Assembly: GCA_041691435.1 (NCBI GenBank)
Contig: JBEPUS010000002.1
Location: forward strand, 1 to 44,934
Length of the DNA stretch: 44,934 nucleotides
Reading direction: 5' to 3'
DNA from: Chloroflexota bacterium
Lineage (GTDB): Bacteria > Chloroflexota > Limnocylindria > Limnocylindrales > CSP1-4
The position numbers were made by a program, and so were the translations under genes. Numbering within the stretch: position 1 is the first letter of the stretch; each line of letters opens with the position of its first letter. Below, piece by piece: positions 32,851-41,191 of this stretch. The notes beneath the pieces are model-generated. The model ran no database searches. It was not told the origin of the DNA and worked only from the letters and a program-made list of their open reading frames with translations.

Positions 32851-34305
32851 CTACGCTTCGCCGATTGATTGGCCCGCCTTGAGGAGCCAGTCCTCGTTGC
32901 CCCGTGCGCGCAGGTAGAGGAGGAGGGCGATGCCGATGATCAGCCAGACCCCGTCGATGATCGGGGCGAAGACGTACGGCTGTGCCGGCAGCGTCGGGAA
33001 GAACGAGGCATAGACCGCGTAGATCAGGACCGCCGAGCCAATCAGCGGAAAGATCACGTGAAGCACGATGTTGAACTCAGCCTTGTGCTCGCCCCGGTAG
33101 AACATGAAGACGGCCAGGTTAGCCATCAAGTACACGACGGTCACGCCCAGGACCAGGATCAGGCCGTCCACGAAGAAGAACGACACGTCCGCGCCGAAGG
33201 CGAAGCCGGGGATCAGGCCGATCGCGAGCGACAGGGCCATCTGGAGCAGGATCGCGTTGACCGGGGTCTTGTAGGTGTCGTGGGTCTTGGCCAGCGCCTT
33301 CGGGAACGACCCGCTGCGGGCCATGCTGTACCACATCCGGGTGCTCACGTTGGCCGTCGACAGTCCATTGCCGATCACGCTGTTGAGGAACGCGATCAGG
33401 ATCAGGATCCAGCCCGCGCCCCACAGCCGACGAGCCAGGTCGAGAGCCGGCAGTTCCTTGTCGTTGATGATGTCCTGGACGTTGTTCGGCCCGAAGCCCG
33501 AGATCACGCCCCAGAAGACAATCACCAGGTAGACCCCGATGATCACGATCGAGAGGTAGACCGACAGCGGCACGTTGCGCTTCGGGTCGGTCGTTTCCTC
33601 GCCCAGCGGCGCCGCCGCCTCCCAGCCAGTCAGGCCCTGAACCGAGAAGACGACGGCCAGCGCGAACGACGAGAAGCCGAGCCACTTGCCGGGATCGAAG
33701 ACGGCCACCGTCACGCCGCCGGGTCCGGGGCTGATGAAGCCCGAGATCGCCAGCGCCAGCACGATCAGCATCTCCAGCCCGCCGGTGATGACCAGCGCCT
33801 TGGCCGACAGCTTCAGCCCGCGGAACTGCATGTAGGCGATCAATGGGGCAAAGATCACCACGCTGAGCGCCCACAGGAAGGGGATGTTGATGTTGTACTG
33901 CGAGTTCAACTCATTCTGGAGGATGAACCCGAAGAAGGCATATACGGGGCCCGACGCGATCGGCGAGTACAGGATGAACATCCACGACGTCAGGAAGCCG
34001 GCCCGCGGGCTGACCGCCCGGCTGATGTAGGTGTAGTAGCCGCCCGCTGAGGGCAGATGCTTCGAGAGCTGCACCAGCGTGCTGCCCAGGAGCAGCACGA
34101 TGATGAAGCCGGCGACATAGGCCAGCGGCGCCGTGATCCCGGCCAGCGAGATCACGAACTGGGTGAAGAACAGGGCGGCGATGGCCGGCGAGATATGGGT
34201 GATCGCCTGCATCGTCGCCCCGACGAGGCCGATCTGGTCGCGCTGAAGGTCGGTCTTCAGTGGTGCCGCCCCGGCGGCGGGTGCAGGTTGACTGTCTAGT
34301 GCCAC
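32851..34305 (-). CDS. APC-family amino acid/polyamine permease
   Basis: 484 aa with about 12 TM helices, including LPSAGGYYTYISRAV. GTG start 6 nt after GAGGAG. Confidence 0.9.
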   Translation of the reverse strand: MALDSQPAPAAGAAPLKTDLQRDQIGLVGATMQAITHISPAIAALFFTQFVISLAGITAPLAYVAGFIIVLLLGSTLVQLSKHLPSAGGYYTYISRAVSPRAGFLTSWMFILYSPIASGPVYAFFGFILQNELNSQYNINIPFLWALSVVIFAPLIAYMQFRGLKLSAKALVITGGLEMLIVLALAISGFISPGPGGVTVAVFDPGKWLGFSSFALAVVFSVQGLTGWEAAAPLGEETTDPKRNVPLSVYLSIVIIGVYLVIVFWGVISGFGPNNVQDIINDKELPALDLARRLWGAGWILILIAFLNSVIGNGLSTANVSTRMWYSMARSGSFPKALAKTHDTYKTPVNAILLQMALSLAIGLIPGFAFGADVSFFFVDGLILVLGVTVVYLMANLAVFMFYRGEHKAEFNIVLHVIFPLIGSAVLIYAVYASFFPTLPAQPYVFAPIIDGVWLIIGIALLLYLRARGNEDWLLKAGQSIGEA

Positions 34306-34373
34306 AAGTCACTCCTCGATGCGCTTGGTGGTCGGCTCAGCCCGCGTTGCAGCGTCGTCGGTGGCACCCTCCC

Positions 34374-35345
34374 CTAGAAGATGGCGATGGGATTCCAGGG
34401 CGAGCCGGTCCCGCCTGGCAGGCGCAGCGGCAGACCCACGACCATGAACTCGAAGCGGCGCTCCTCCGCGCAGGCCCGGGCGAGGTCCTCGAACTGCAGG
34501 CTGTCCGCAGTGAACATGCCCATGGCCACGATCTGCAGCGGATGGATCGGGTAGCTGATCCCATCGACGCAGCTGGGGACCGCCTCGCCGTCGCCATCGG
34601 GCAGGAAGCCAGCGATCCGCCGCTCATGCATCCATGGAATCGTGTCCACGTGGAGGCCCGCCTTGCCCTCGCCGGCGGGACCGTTGTCCCATGGCCCGAG
34701 CTCGAGGCGGCGCCGGTGATGGCCGGTGCGGTAGACGAAGAAGTCACCCTCGCCGATGCGGACACCCTGGGCCACCTCGCAGGCCTCGAGCTCGGCCCGG
34801 GTCACGGCCTCGCCGGGCTCCAGCCACTTGACGCCCCGGAAGCGGGGCAGGTCGAACAGGACGCCCCGGCCGACGACGCCCTGGGCGGCGACGCCCGCGA
34901 TGTCGAGGGTCGTCGCGCCCTGCGAGGTGAGGACCTCGAGGGCCGGCTTGCCGTTATAGGTCAGGCCGTTGTACGAGATGTGGCAGAGCGCGTCGCAATG
35001 CGAGTGGCAATCGCCGTGGAAGGCCATGCCCAGGAAGTCGAGCCCGAAGCGCAGACCGCCCGAGCCGATGTCGATGTCGTGGCCCTGCACGACGTAGTGG
35101 ATCGCCGGGCTGGGGTTGTCCGGCCCGGCAAGCGTGTTGATCGGGATGGACAACGAGACGCGCCGGCCGCTGCGGACGAGGCCGGCGGCCGCCCGGACGC
35201 GCTCGGGGGTCACGTAGTTGAGCGTCCCGAGCTGGTCGTCGGGACCCCATTTGCCCCAGTTCTTGACCGACTCGAAGAGCGCTTCGAACTCGACCACCGA
35301 CACCCGCGGCCCGCTGCTCTGGCTGGTCGCCGGGGCCGCGCTCAT
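34374..35345 (-). CDS. Putative cyclase family protein (kynurenine formamidase-like metal hydrolase)
   Basis: KWGPDDQLGTLNY and the metal motif FHGDCHSHCDALCH, a variant of HxGTHxDAPxH. Confidence 0.82.
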   Translation of the reverse strand: MSAAPATSQSSGPRVSVVEFEALFESVKNWGKWGPDDQLGTLNYVTPERVRAAAGLVRSGRRVSLSIPINTLAGPDNPSPAIHYVVQGHDIDIGSGGLRFGLDFLGMAFHGDCHSHCDALCHISYNGLTYNGKPALEVLTSQGATTLDIAGVAAQGVVGRGVLFDLPRFRGVKWLEPGEAVTRAELEACEVAQGVRIGEGDFFVYRTGHHRRRLELGPWDNGPAGEGKAGLHVDTIPWMHERRIAGFLPDGDGEAVPSCVDGISYPIHPLQIVAMGMFTADSLQFEDLARACAEERRFEFMVVGLPLRLPGGTGSPWNPIAIF

Positions 35346-35443
35346 CGGACGGCGCTCGGGACGAGCGGCTCGCCCAGGACATTCGGGACGATCCCCCGAC
35401 CGGCGCCGGTGACCACGACACCCTTGCTCTCGAAGCGCTTCAC
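35342..35443 (-). pseudogene. 5' stub of an SDR gene (33 codons) ending on the cyclase-family start codon
   Basis: Reads AGGAGAG-N6-GTG, then VKRFESKGVVVTGAGRGI (SDR Rossmann TGxxxGI), then unrelated sequence. Its stop TGA overlaps the downstream ATG (ATGA). Confidence 0.5.
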
Positions 35444-35471
35444 GTCGAACTCTCCTGCTTGAGCGTCCGGG

Positions 35472-36650
35472 TCAGTGAGTCAGCAGGCCGTGGTGTCCCG
35501 GCCCACGTGGGATCACCGGCCAGATGTCGACGACCAGCCCATCCTCCACGACGTGGTAGGCGTCGTACCAGTTGACGGTGGACGGCGAGTAGCCCGGCAC
35601 CAGCTCCACGATGTCGCCGAACTTGAGCGACGAGCCGCCTGTCGCGTCGAAGATCCCGTGCTCCTCGTCGAAGCGGAAGACGGGCATCGGATGCCCCTCG
35701 ATCGTGGCCAACTCGCCGGCACCGATCGACTTGTTGCCGGCATCGATGATCACCCGGTCGGGCCGCCGACTGATCACTGTTGCCTGGACGGTGAGCGAAT
35801 GCTCGAAGCCGCCAACCATTGCGCCGTGGAAGTTGTCCATCACGGCGTAGGTGCCGGCCTGGATCTCGGTAATGCCCGGGAAGGCCGCCGTCCAGTCCCA
35901 GGTGGCGGTCCCGCCGGCCGAGCGGATTGGACTGGGCAGCCCGTGGTGCTCGAACGAGTCGGCCACCTCGACGAGAAAGCCCATCGCCGCGCGCTGCTTG
36001 ACCAGGCGCTCATCGTGGTCCGGCGTGATGGAGCAATGCCCCTCGTAGCCAGTTACGCCCAGCAACTCGAGGCCAGGGCTGGCGGCGACCCGGCGGGCAA
36101 GCAGCAGGGCTTCTTCCAGGCTATCGGCACCACAGCGATCCATGCCGGTGTCGACCTCGATGAGGACGCCGAGGCGGCTGCCGGCGGCCTGGGCCGCGGC
36201 CGAGAGCTGCTCGACGCTGCTGGGATCGTCGACGGCGACGATGATCTCGGCGTCCCGGGCCAGCTCGGCCACGGCCTGGATCCTGGCCGGGCCGGCGATC
36301 GTGTTCACCACCAGGATGTGATTGAAGCCCGCCCTGACAAGGACGATCGCTTCCCAGACGGTGGCGACCGACAGGCCGATCGCCCCGGCGTCAACCTGGA
36401 GGCGAGCCAGGTCGGGGCTCTTGTGGACCTTGATGTGCGGTCGGATCTCGGCCGGCAGCTCCCGGATCCGGCTGGCCATCTTGCTGATGTTGCGCTTCGC
36501 GGCGGGCAGGTCCAGGACGAGGGCGGGCGTGATGAGCTCGGACCGCGGCCGGCCGATCGCCCCGCCGTATTCGCGGCGCACGCGCTCGTACCCCTCTGCG
36601 AGGATCGCCGCCCCGTCTGGCCTGCCCAGGGTCTGGACGATGTCGCTCAT
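35472..36650 (-). CDS. DSD1-family PLP enzyme (D-threonine aldolase / D-serine or D-3-hydroxyaspartate dehydratase-like; alanine racemase N-terminal fold)
   Basis: Starts MSDIVQTLG.. and contains ITPALVLDL and IRPHIKVHKSP (PLP lysine motif RPHxKxHK). Start at ATG 36650, sharing one nt with the VOC stop (TGATG). The track ORF start at 37223 is an extension through the VOC gene. Confidence 0.85.
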   Translation of the reverse strand: MSDIVQTLGRPDGAAILAEGYERVRREYGGAIGRPRSELITPALVLDLPAAKRNISKMASRIRELPAEIRPHIKVHKSPDLARLQVDAGAIGLSVATVWEAIVLVRAGFNHILVVNTIAGPARIQAVAELARDAEIIVAVDDPSSVEQLSAAAQAAGSRLGVLIEVDTGMDRCGADSLEEALLLARRVAASPGLELLGVTGYEGHCSITPDHDERLVKQRAAMGFLVEVADSFEHHGLPSPIRSAGGTATWDWTAAFPGITEIQAGTYAVMDNFHGAMVGGFEHSLTVQATVISRRPDRVIIDAGNKSIGAGELATIEGHPMPVFRFDEEHGIFDATGGSSLKFGDIVELVPGYSPSTVNWYDAYHVVEDGLVVDIWPVIPRGPGHHGLLTH

Positions 36651-37153
36651 CAGTCCGGCGGATAGACGCGGCTGGGGGTCAGGTCGATCGCGTGGCCGCT
36701 GCCGGACTCGAGGATGAACTTGAGCATCGGCTCGGTGTCGAGGTAGTAGAACTCGATCGTCTCGCCGATCCGCCCACCCATCAGGACCTTGGCGCCGCGG
36801 GCCTCCCAGTCCTTCTTGAACTCGTCCGAATCGACCTGCGAATGCATCATGCAGGCGATGTGCTGGACGCCCTCGCCGTGCTCCTCGAGGAACTCCTTGT
36901 AGATGCTCGGGCCGTCGAGCGGCTGGACCAGCTCGAAGACCAGGCCCGGCTGGACCTCGCATTCCGCACCGAGCATGGAGAAGGCGACCTCCTCGCCGCG
37001 CAGGTGGGTGTGATGGAGCTTCGGCGGGACATGCTCGTAGACGTTCCACGGCCCCCAGCCAAGGGTCTCGTTGAACATCTTCATCGAGGCATCCAGGTCG
37101 CGCACGACCATCGCCACCTGCGAGATCCGGGTCGGGCCTGCGTGCTGCGTCAT
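36650..37153 (-). CDS. VOC (glyoxalase/bleomycin resistance/dioxygenase) family protein
   Basis: Starts MTQHAGPTRISQVAMVVRDLDASMKMFNETLGW and contains ..GVQHIAC... AGGAGGAG upstream of ATG 37153. Confidence 0.8.
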   Translation of the reverse strand: MTQHAGPTRISQVAMVVRDLDASMKMFNETLGWGPWNVYEHVPPKLHHTHLRGEEVAFSMLGAECEVQPGLVFELVQPLDGPSIYKEFLEEHGEGVQHIACMMHSQVDSDEFKKDWEARGAKVLMGGRIGETIEFYYLDTEPMLKFILESGSGHAIDLTPSRVYPPD

Positions 37154-37259
37154 CGCCGTCTCCTCCTGGGAAATGGGGCAGGTCGCTGCCGGTGTATGGG
37201 AAAGACTGTGCAACCCGTGTCAAGACCTTGCACGTCCGTCGAGCAGTCCGAGACCGGGC

Positions 37260-38072
37260 TCATGGCGTGGCCTCGACCCCGGCTTCACCGTCGAGGGGAG
37301 CGACGATCACCTGGATGCCCCGCTCGCGGAGTGCCCCGATCGTCTCCGGGTCGCTGCCGGCCGAGGTCACCACATGGGTCAGGACGTCGATCGGAGCAAC
37401 GCGGACGAGCGAGTCATGGCCAAACTTGGAGTGGTCGGCCAGCAGGATCACATCGGTCGCCGCGGCGATCATCGCCCGCTTGACTGCGACCTCGTCGAAG
37501 TTCGGGTAGGTCAGCCCGCCCTCGATGGAGACGCTATTGATCGCGAGGAAGGTCTGGTCCACCCGCAGCTCGCCGAGGGTGGCGACGGCCAGCTCGCCGA
37601 CGGCGCCGAACGTCGTCGGCCGGACGATTCCCCCGGTCAGCACGACCGTGATATCCCGGCTCTCCATCAGCTCGATGGCGTTCGTGACGGCATTGGTGAC
37701 CACGATCAGGTCACGCTTCGATTTGAGGGCGCGCACGAAATGGACGGCCGTGGAGCCGGAGTCCACGATGATCGTGCTGCCATCGCTGACCAGCTCGGCC
37801 GCGGCCTGGGCGATCGCGACTTTCTCGGCCTCGTGCTCGCGCAGCCGGAGCGAGAAGCTCGACTCGGCCCGGGTCGGGGCCATTGCGCCGCCGTGGGCGC
37901 GACTCAGGACCCCCAGGTCGGCGAGCTGGGCCAGGTCGCGCCGGATCGTCTCGTCGGTGACCCCGAAGAGATCCATCAACTCGCTGGCGCGCACGCTGCC
38001 ACGGTCACGGACGAGCTCGACGATCCGCCGCCGCCGCTCCGGAGCCACCAACCCGATCGGCCGCCTGGGCAT
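37260..38072 (-). CDS. DeoR-family transcriptional regulator
   Basis: RRRRIVELVRDRGSVRASELMDLFGVTDETIRRDLAQLADLGVLSRAHGGA plus a DeoR C-terminal sugar-phosphate sensor domain. Start at ATG 38072. Confidence 0.85.
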   Translation of the reverse strand: MPRRPIGLVAPERRRRIVELVRDRGSVRASELMDLFGVTDETIRRDLAQLADLGVLSRAHGGAMAPTRAESSFSLRLREHEAEKVAIAQAAAELVSDGSTIIVDSGSTAVHFVRALKSKRDLIVVTNAVTNAIELMESRDITVVLTGGIVRPTTFGAVGELAVATLGELRVDQTFLAINSVSIEGGLTYPNFDEVAVKRAMIAAATDVILLADHSKFGHDSLVRVAPIDVLTHVVTSAGSDPETIGALRERGIQVIVAPLDGEAGVEATP

Positions 38073-38102
38073 GCCCTCGCTCACGCTGTGCCCGAACTGA
38101 TG

Positions 38103-38215
38103 CCAACGAAACCCACGATCAACGCCAACTCCCATTGACGGCCCGTGGCGCGAGCCGACCTCCCGCTCGCCCCAGCATCATACGACCACCTGTCCAGCGC
38201 CGTGGGTTTGGTTGG
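38103..38215. promoter_or_regulatory. Long-range inverted repeat (15-nt arms, 14/15) in the DeoR / dhaK divergent region
   Basis: ccaacgaaacccacg (38103-38117) against the reverse complement of cgtgggtttggttgg (38201-38215). Centre-to-centre distance 98 bp. Confidence 0.6.
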
Positions 38216-38305
38216 AGTCCAGCGCTCCCGAACGTGCGTCTGACGGGGTAGACTTCCCCACGCCCAGTGTGGCGACCGGTGGTTCGTGTGGGCGGAGGTC
38301 ATCCG

Positions 38306-39304
38306 GTGCTCAAGAAGCTGATCAACGACCCCTTCGACGCCGTCGACGAGATGCTCGAGGGCTACGTGGACGCCCATGCCGGCATCGTCCGCCTGGCGGC
38401 GCCGCGGGTGATCGGCAGGGCCGTGCCGGCGGGTCCCAAGGTAGGCTTGGTGGTTGGTGGTGGGTCCGGCCACGAGCCAGCGTTCCTCGGCTACGTCGGC
38501 CCGGGCGTCGCCGATGCGGCGGCCATCGGCAACGTCTTCGCCGCCCCGGGTGCCGATATCTGCCTGGATGCCATCCGGGCGGCCTCGTCGGGCCGCGGCG
38601 TCCTGCTCGCCTACGGCAACTACGCGGGCGACGTACTCAACTTCGATCTGGCCAGTGAGCTGGCGGCGGCCGAGGGAATCACCTGTCGGACGATCCGCAT
38701 CACGGACGACGTGGCATCGGCGCCACCCGGGCACGGCGAGCTCCGGCGGGGGATCGCTGGGCTCTCGTTCGTGTTCAAGGTCGCCGGAGCGGCGGCCGAA
38801 CGGGGCGATGACCTTGACGAGGTGGTCCGCCTCGCCGAGCGGGCCAATGCGGCCTGCGCCAGCATCGGCGTGGCCCTCGCCGCCTGCGAAGTTCCGGGTG
38901 CGGGACGCCCGACCTTCGAGCTGGGTGCCGACGAGCTCGAAGTCGGCATGGGCATCCACGGCGAGCCCGGTCTCCAGCGGGGAAAGCTCGAGCCGGCCGA
39001 TGCCGTGGTGGAGCGCATGGTTGGCGCGATCCTGGTCGACCAGGAGGCGCGCCGGGTCGCACCCGGCGAGATCGCGTTGCTCGTGAACGGACTGGGTGCG
39101 ACCGCCTACCTCGACCTGTACATCGTCTATCGGGCCGCCCGTCGCCGGCTGGAAGCAGCCGGCTGGACGGTCAGCCGGAGCTTCGTCGGCGAGTACGTCA
39201 CCTCGCTGGAGATGGCCGGCGCGTCGATCACGATCATGTCCCTCGACGACGAGCTGCTGGCGCTGCTCGATGCCCCGGCTCGAACGGCACGACTGTCGAT
39301 ATGA
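38306..39304 (+). CDS. dhaK: Dihydroxyacetone-kinase-type kinase, substrate-binding subunit DhaK
   Basis: Starts (GTG)LKKLINDPFDAVDEMLEGY and contains GGGSGHEPAFLGYVG. GGAGG 7 nt upstream of GTG 38306. Confidence 0.85.
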   Translation: MLKKLINDPFDAVDEMLEGYVDAHAGIVRLAAPRVIGRAVPAGPKVGLVVGGGSGHEPAFLGYVGPGVADAAAIGNVFAAPGADICLDAIRAASSGRGVLLAYGNYAGDVLNFDLASELAAAEGITCRTIRITDDVASAPPGHGELRRGIAGLSFVFKVAGAAAERGDDLDEVVRLAERANAACASIGVALAACEVPGAGRPTFELGADELEVGMGIHGEPGLQRGKLEPADAVVERMVGAILVDQEARRVAPGEIALLVNGLGATAYLDLYIVYRAARRRLEAAGWTVSRSFVGEYVTSLEMAGASITIMSLDDELLALLDAPARTARLSI

Positions 39305-39939
39305 GCCGGACGTTGCGCGACGCGATCCTGGCGGCCTGCGCTGACCTCGAAGCCGCCCGCGAGGCACTTTGCCTGCTCGACGCCACCAGCGGCGACGGCG
39401 ACCACGGGGTGACCATGGCCATCGCCGCCCGCGGGGTCCGGGCCAAGCTGGCGCAGTTGCCTGCCGACGAGCCTGAGGGCGTCGTCCGGGCGGCAGCGCT
39501 GGGTATGGCCGGAGCGGGCGGCACGATCGGCGCGGTCTACGCCCGGGGCCTGCTGGCGGTCGCAGCCCGGCTCCACGAAGCCGAGTCCGAGATGCCGACG
39601 GTCGCCTTGCTGGCCTCTGCCGTCTATCGAGCGGCCATTGCGACGGGCGGACTCGGCGCCCAGCCCGGCGACAAGACGATCCTCGATGCGCTGCAGCCAC
39701 TGGCCGCGGCGCTGGCCGACGCAGCCGCCGCCAACCTGTCCATGCCCGAGACGCTGGCGCGGGCCGACGCAGCGGCCCGTCAGGGAGCCGATGCCACGGC
39801 CGACATGGTTGCCCGAGTGGGCCGATCGGCGCGCTTCGCGGAACGGAGCCGCGGCACGATCGATCCCGGCGCCGCGTCGCTGGCGATCATCGTCCATGCC
39901 CTGGTCACGAGTGCCCTGCGGCCGGCCGGGCCCGATTGA
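39301..39939 (+). CDS. dhaL: Dihydroxyacetone-kinase-type kinase, nucleotide-binding subunit DhaL (DAK2 domain)
   Basis: LDATSGDGDHGVTM motif. ATGA overlap with dhaK. Confidence 0.85.
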   Translation: MSRTLRDAILAACADLEAAREALCLLDATSGDGDHGVTMAIAARGVRAKLAQLPADEPEGVVRAAALGMAGAGGTIGAVYARGLLAVAARLHEAESEMPTVALLASAVYRAAIATGGLGAQPGDKTILDALQPLAAALADAAAANLSMPETLARADAAARQGADATADMVARVGRSARFAERSRGTIDPGAASLAIIVHALVTSALRPAGPD

Positions 39940-40706
39940 TGCGACCGCTCATCGGCACGAGCTGGAAGATGAACATGACCGCGACCGAGGCAGGCCGCTG
40001 GTTCGATGCCTTCGTGCCCCTCGCCCGGGGGCTGCTGGAGGTCGACCTGTTCGTCCTGCCCTCGTTCACATCGCTGGAGCTCGCCCGAGAGCGACTCGCG
40101 GGGACCCCGCTGGCCTGGGGTGCCCAGGACGTGAGTCCGTTCGACGATGGGCCGCACACCGGCGACGTCTCGGCGGCAATGCTCGTCGACCTGGGCTGCC
40201 GCTTCGTGGCGGTCGGGCACGCCGAGCGGCGTCGCGACCACGGCGAGACGCCGGCTGTGATCAATGCCAAGATCAGCGCGACCCTGGGCGCGGGCATGGA
40301 CGTGATCCTGTGCACCGGCGAGCTGCGCAGGGCACCCGACGAGGTGGCCGTCCAGGCAGTGATCGCCGATCTCGAGAGTTGCCTCGCGGGCATTGCCGGC
40401 TCAGAGCTGGCCCGGCTGGTCGTCGCCTATGAGCCGCTCTGGGCAATCGGGGCGGGCAATCGCCCGGCGGCGCCGGAGCATGTCGGCCAGATCCACCGGT
40501 CGATCGGCTCGTGGCTGGCGAACCGCACTGCGGGAGCCCGGCCCCGAATCCTGTACGGCGGCAGTGTTGACCAGGACAGCGCGCCGCGCCTGCTCGCCGA
40601 GCCGGGGGTCGATGGCCTGTTCGTCGGTCGCAACGGCCTTGACCCGGTGGCCTTCGCGGCGATCGCGGCCGCTGCCCCGGCGCCCTCGCCGGCGGCCCTC
40701 CGATGA
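39939..40706 (+). CDS. Triose-phosphate-isomerase-family isomerase (non-canonical motifs)
   Basis: Starts MRPLIGTSWKMN, with GHAERR, AYEPLWAIGAG and YGGSV. Start at ATG 39939 (TGATG with the dhaL stop), or possibly TTG 39936. Confidence 0.85.
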   Translation: MRPLIGTSWKMNMTATEAGRWFDAFVPLARGLLEVDLFVLPSFTSLELARERLAGTPLAWGAQDVSPFDDGPHTGDVSAAMLVDLGCRFVAVGHAERRRDHGETPAVINAKISATLGAGMDVILCTGELRRAPDEVAVQAVIADLESCLAGIAGSELARLVVAYEPLWAIGAGNRPAAPEHVGQIHRSIGSWLANRTAGARPRILYGGSVDQDSAPRLLAEPGVDGLFVGRNGLDPVAFAAIAAAAPAPSPAALR

Positions 40707-41191
40707 AGATCGCCGTCGGGGCCGATCACCTCGGCCGGCCGCTCAAGGATGCCGTCAAGGCCCACCTCAAATCGGCCGGCCACGAGGTCGTGGACTATGG
40801 CGTGAACGACGATTCGCCGGTCGATTATCCCGACGTGGCGATCGAGGTGGCCGAGGCGGTTGCCGCGGGCACCTTCAATCGGGCGATCCTGGTGTGCGGG
40901 ACGGGCATCGGCATGGCGATCACCGCGAACAAGATCCCCGGCGTCCGGGCGGCGTCGGTGGCGGATCCGTATTCGGCCGAGCGGGCACGAATGTCCAACG
41001 ACGCCCAGGTCCTGTGCCTGGGCTCGCGGGTCGTGCCGCCGGAGGTCGCCCGGATCATCGTCGACCACTGGCTGGCCGCGGAGTTCCAGGGTGGCGGTTC
41101 AACGCGCAAGGTGGACAAGATCAAGGCGCTCGACGCGCGCCTCGGCCGGGGCACGTCGCCCCGCTCATCGAACGCGGAGGGGCCCACGTGA
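40703..41191 (+). CDS. RpiB/LacA/LacB-family sugar-phosphate isomerase
   Basis: Starts MKIAVGADHLG, with LVCGTGIGMAITANKIPGVRAA. ATGA overlap with the upstream gene. Confidence 0.85.
   Translation: MKIAVGADHLGRPLKDAVKAHLKSAGHEVVDYGVNDDSPVDYPDVAIEVAEAVAAGTFNRAILVCGTGIGMAITANKIPGVRAASVADPYSAERARMSNDAQVLCLGSRVVPPEVARIIVDHWLAAEFQGGGSTRKVDKIKALDARLGRGTSPRSSNAEGPT

Noticed and set aside
37208-37233. Inverted repeat gtgcaa-N14-ttgcac upstream of the VOC operon as an operator.
   Set aside because: The arms are only 6 bp, which is within chance expectation for this interval.
38081-39700. 539-aa minus-strand ORF over dhaK/dhaL.
   Set aside because: Antisense shadow of clear DhaK/DhaL genes.
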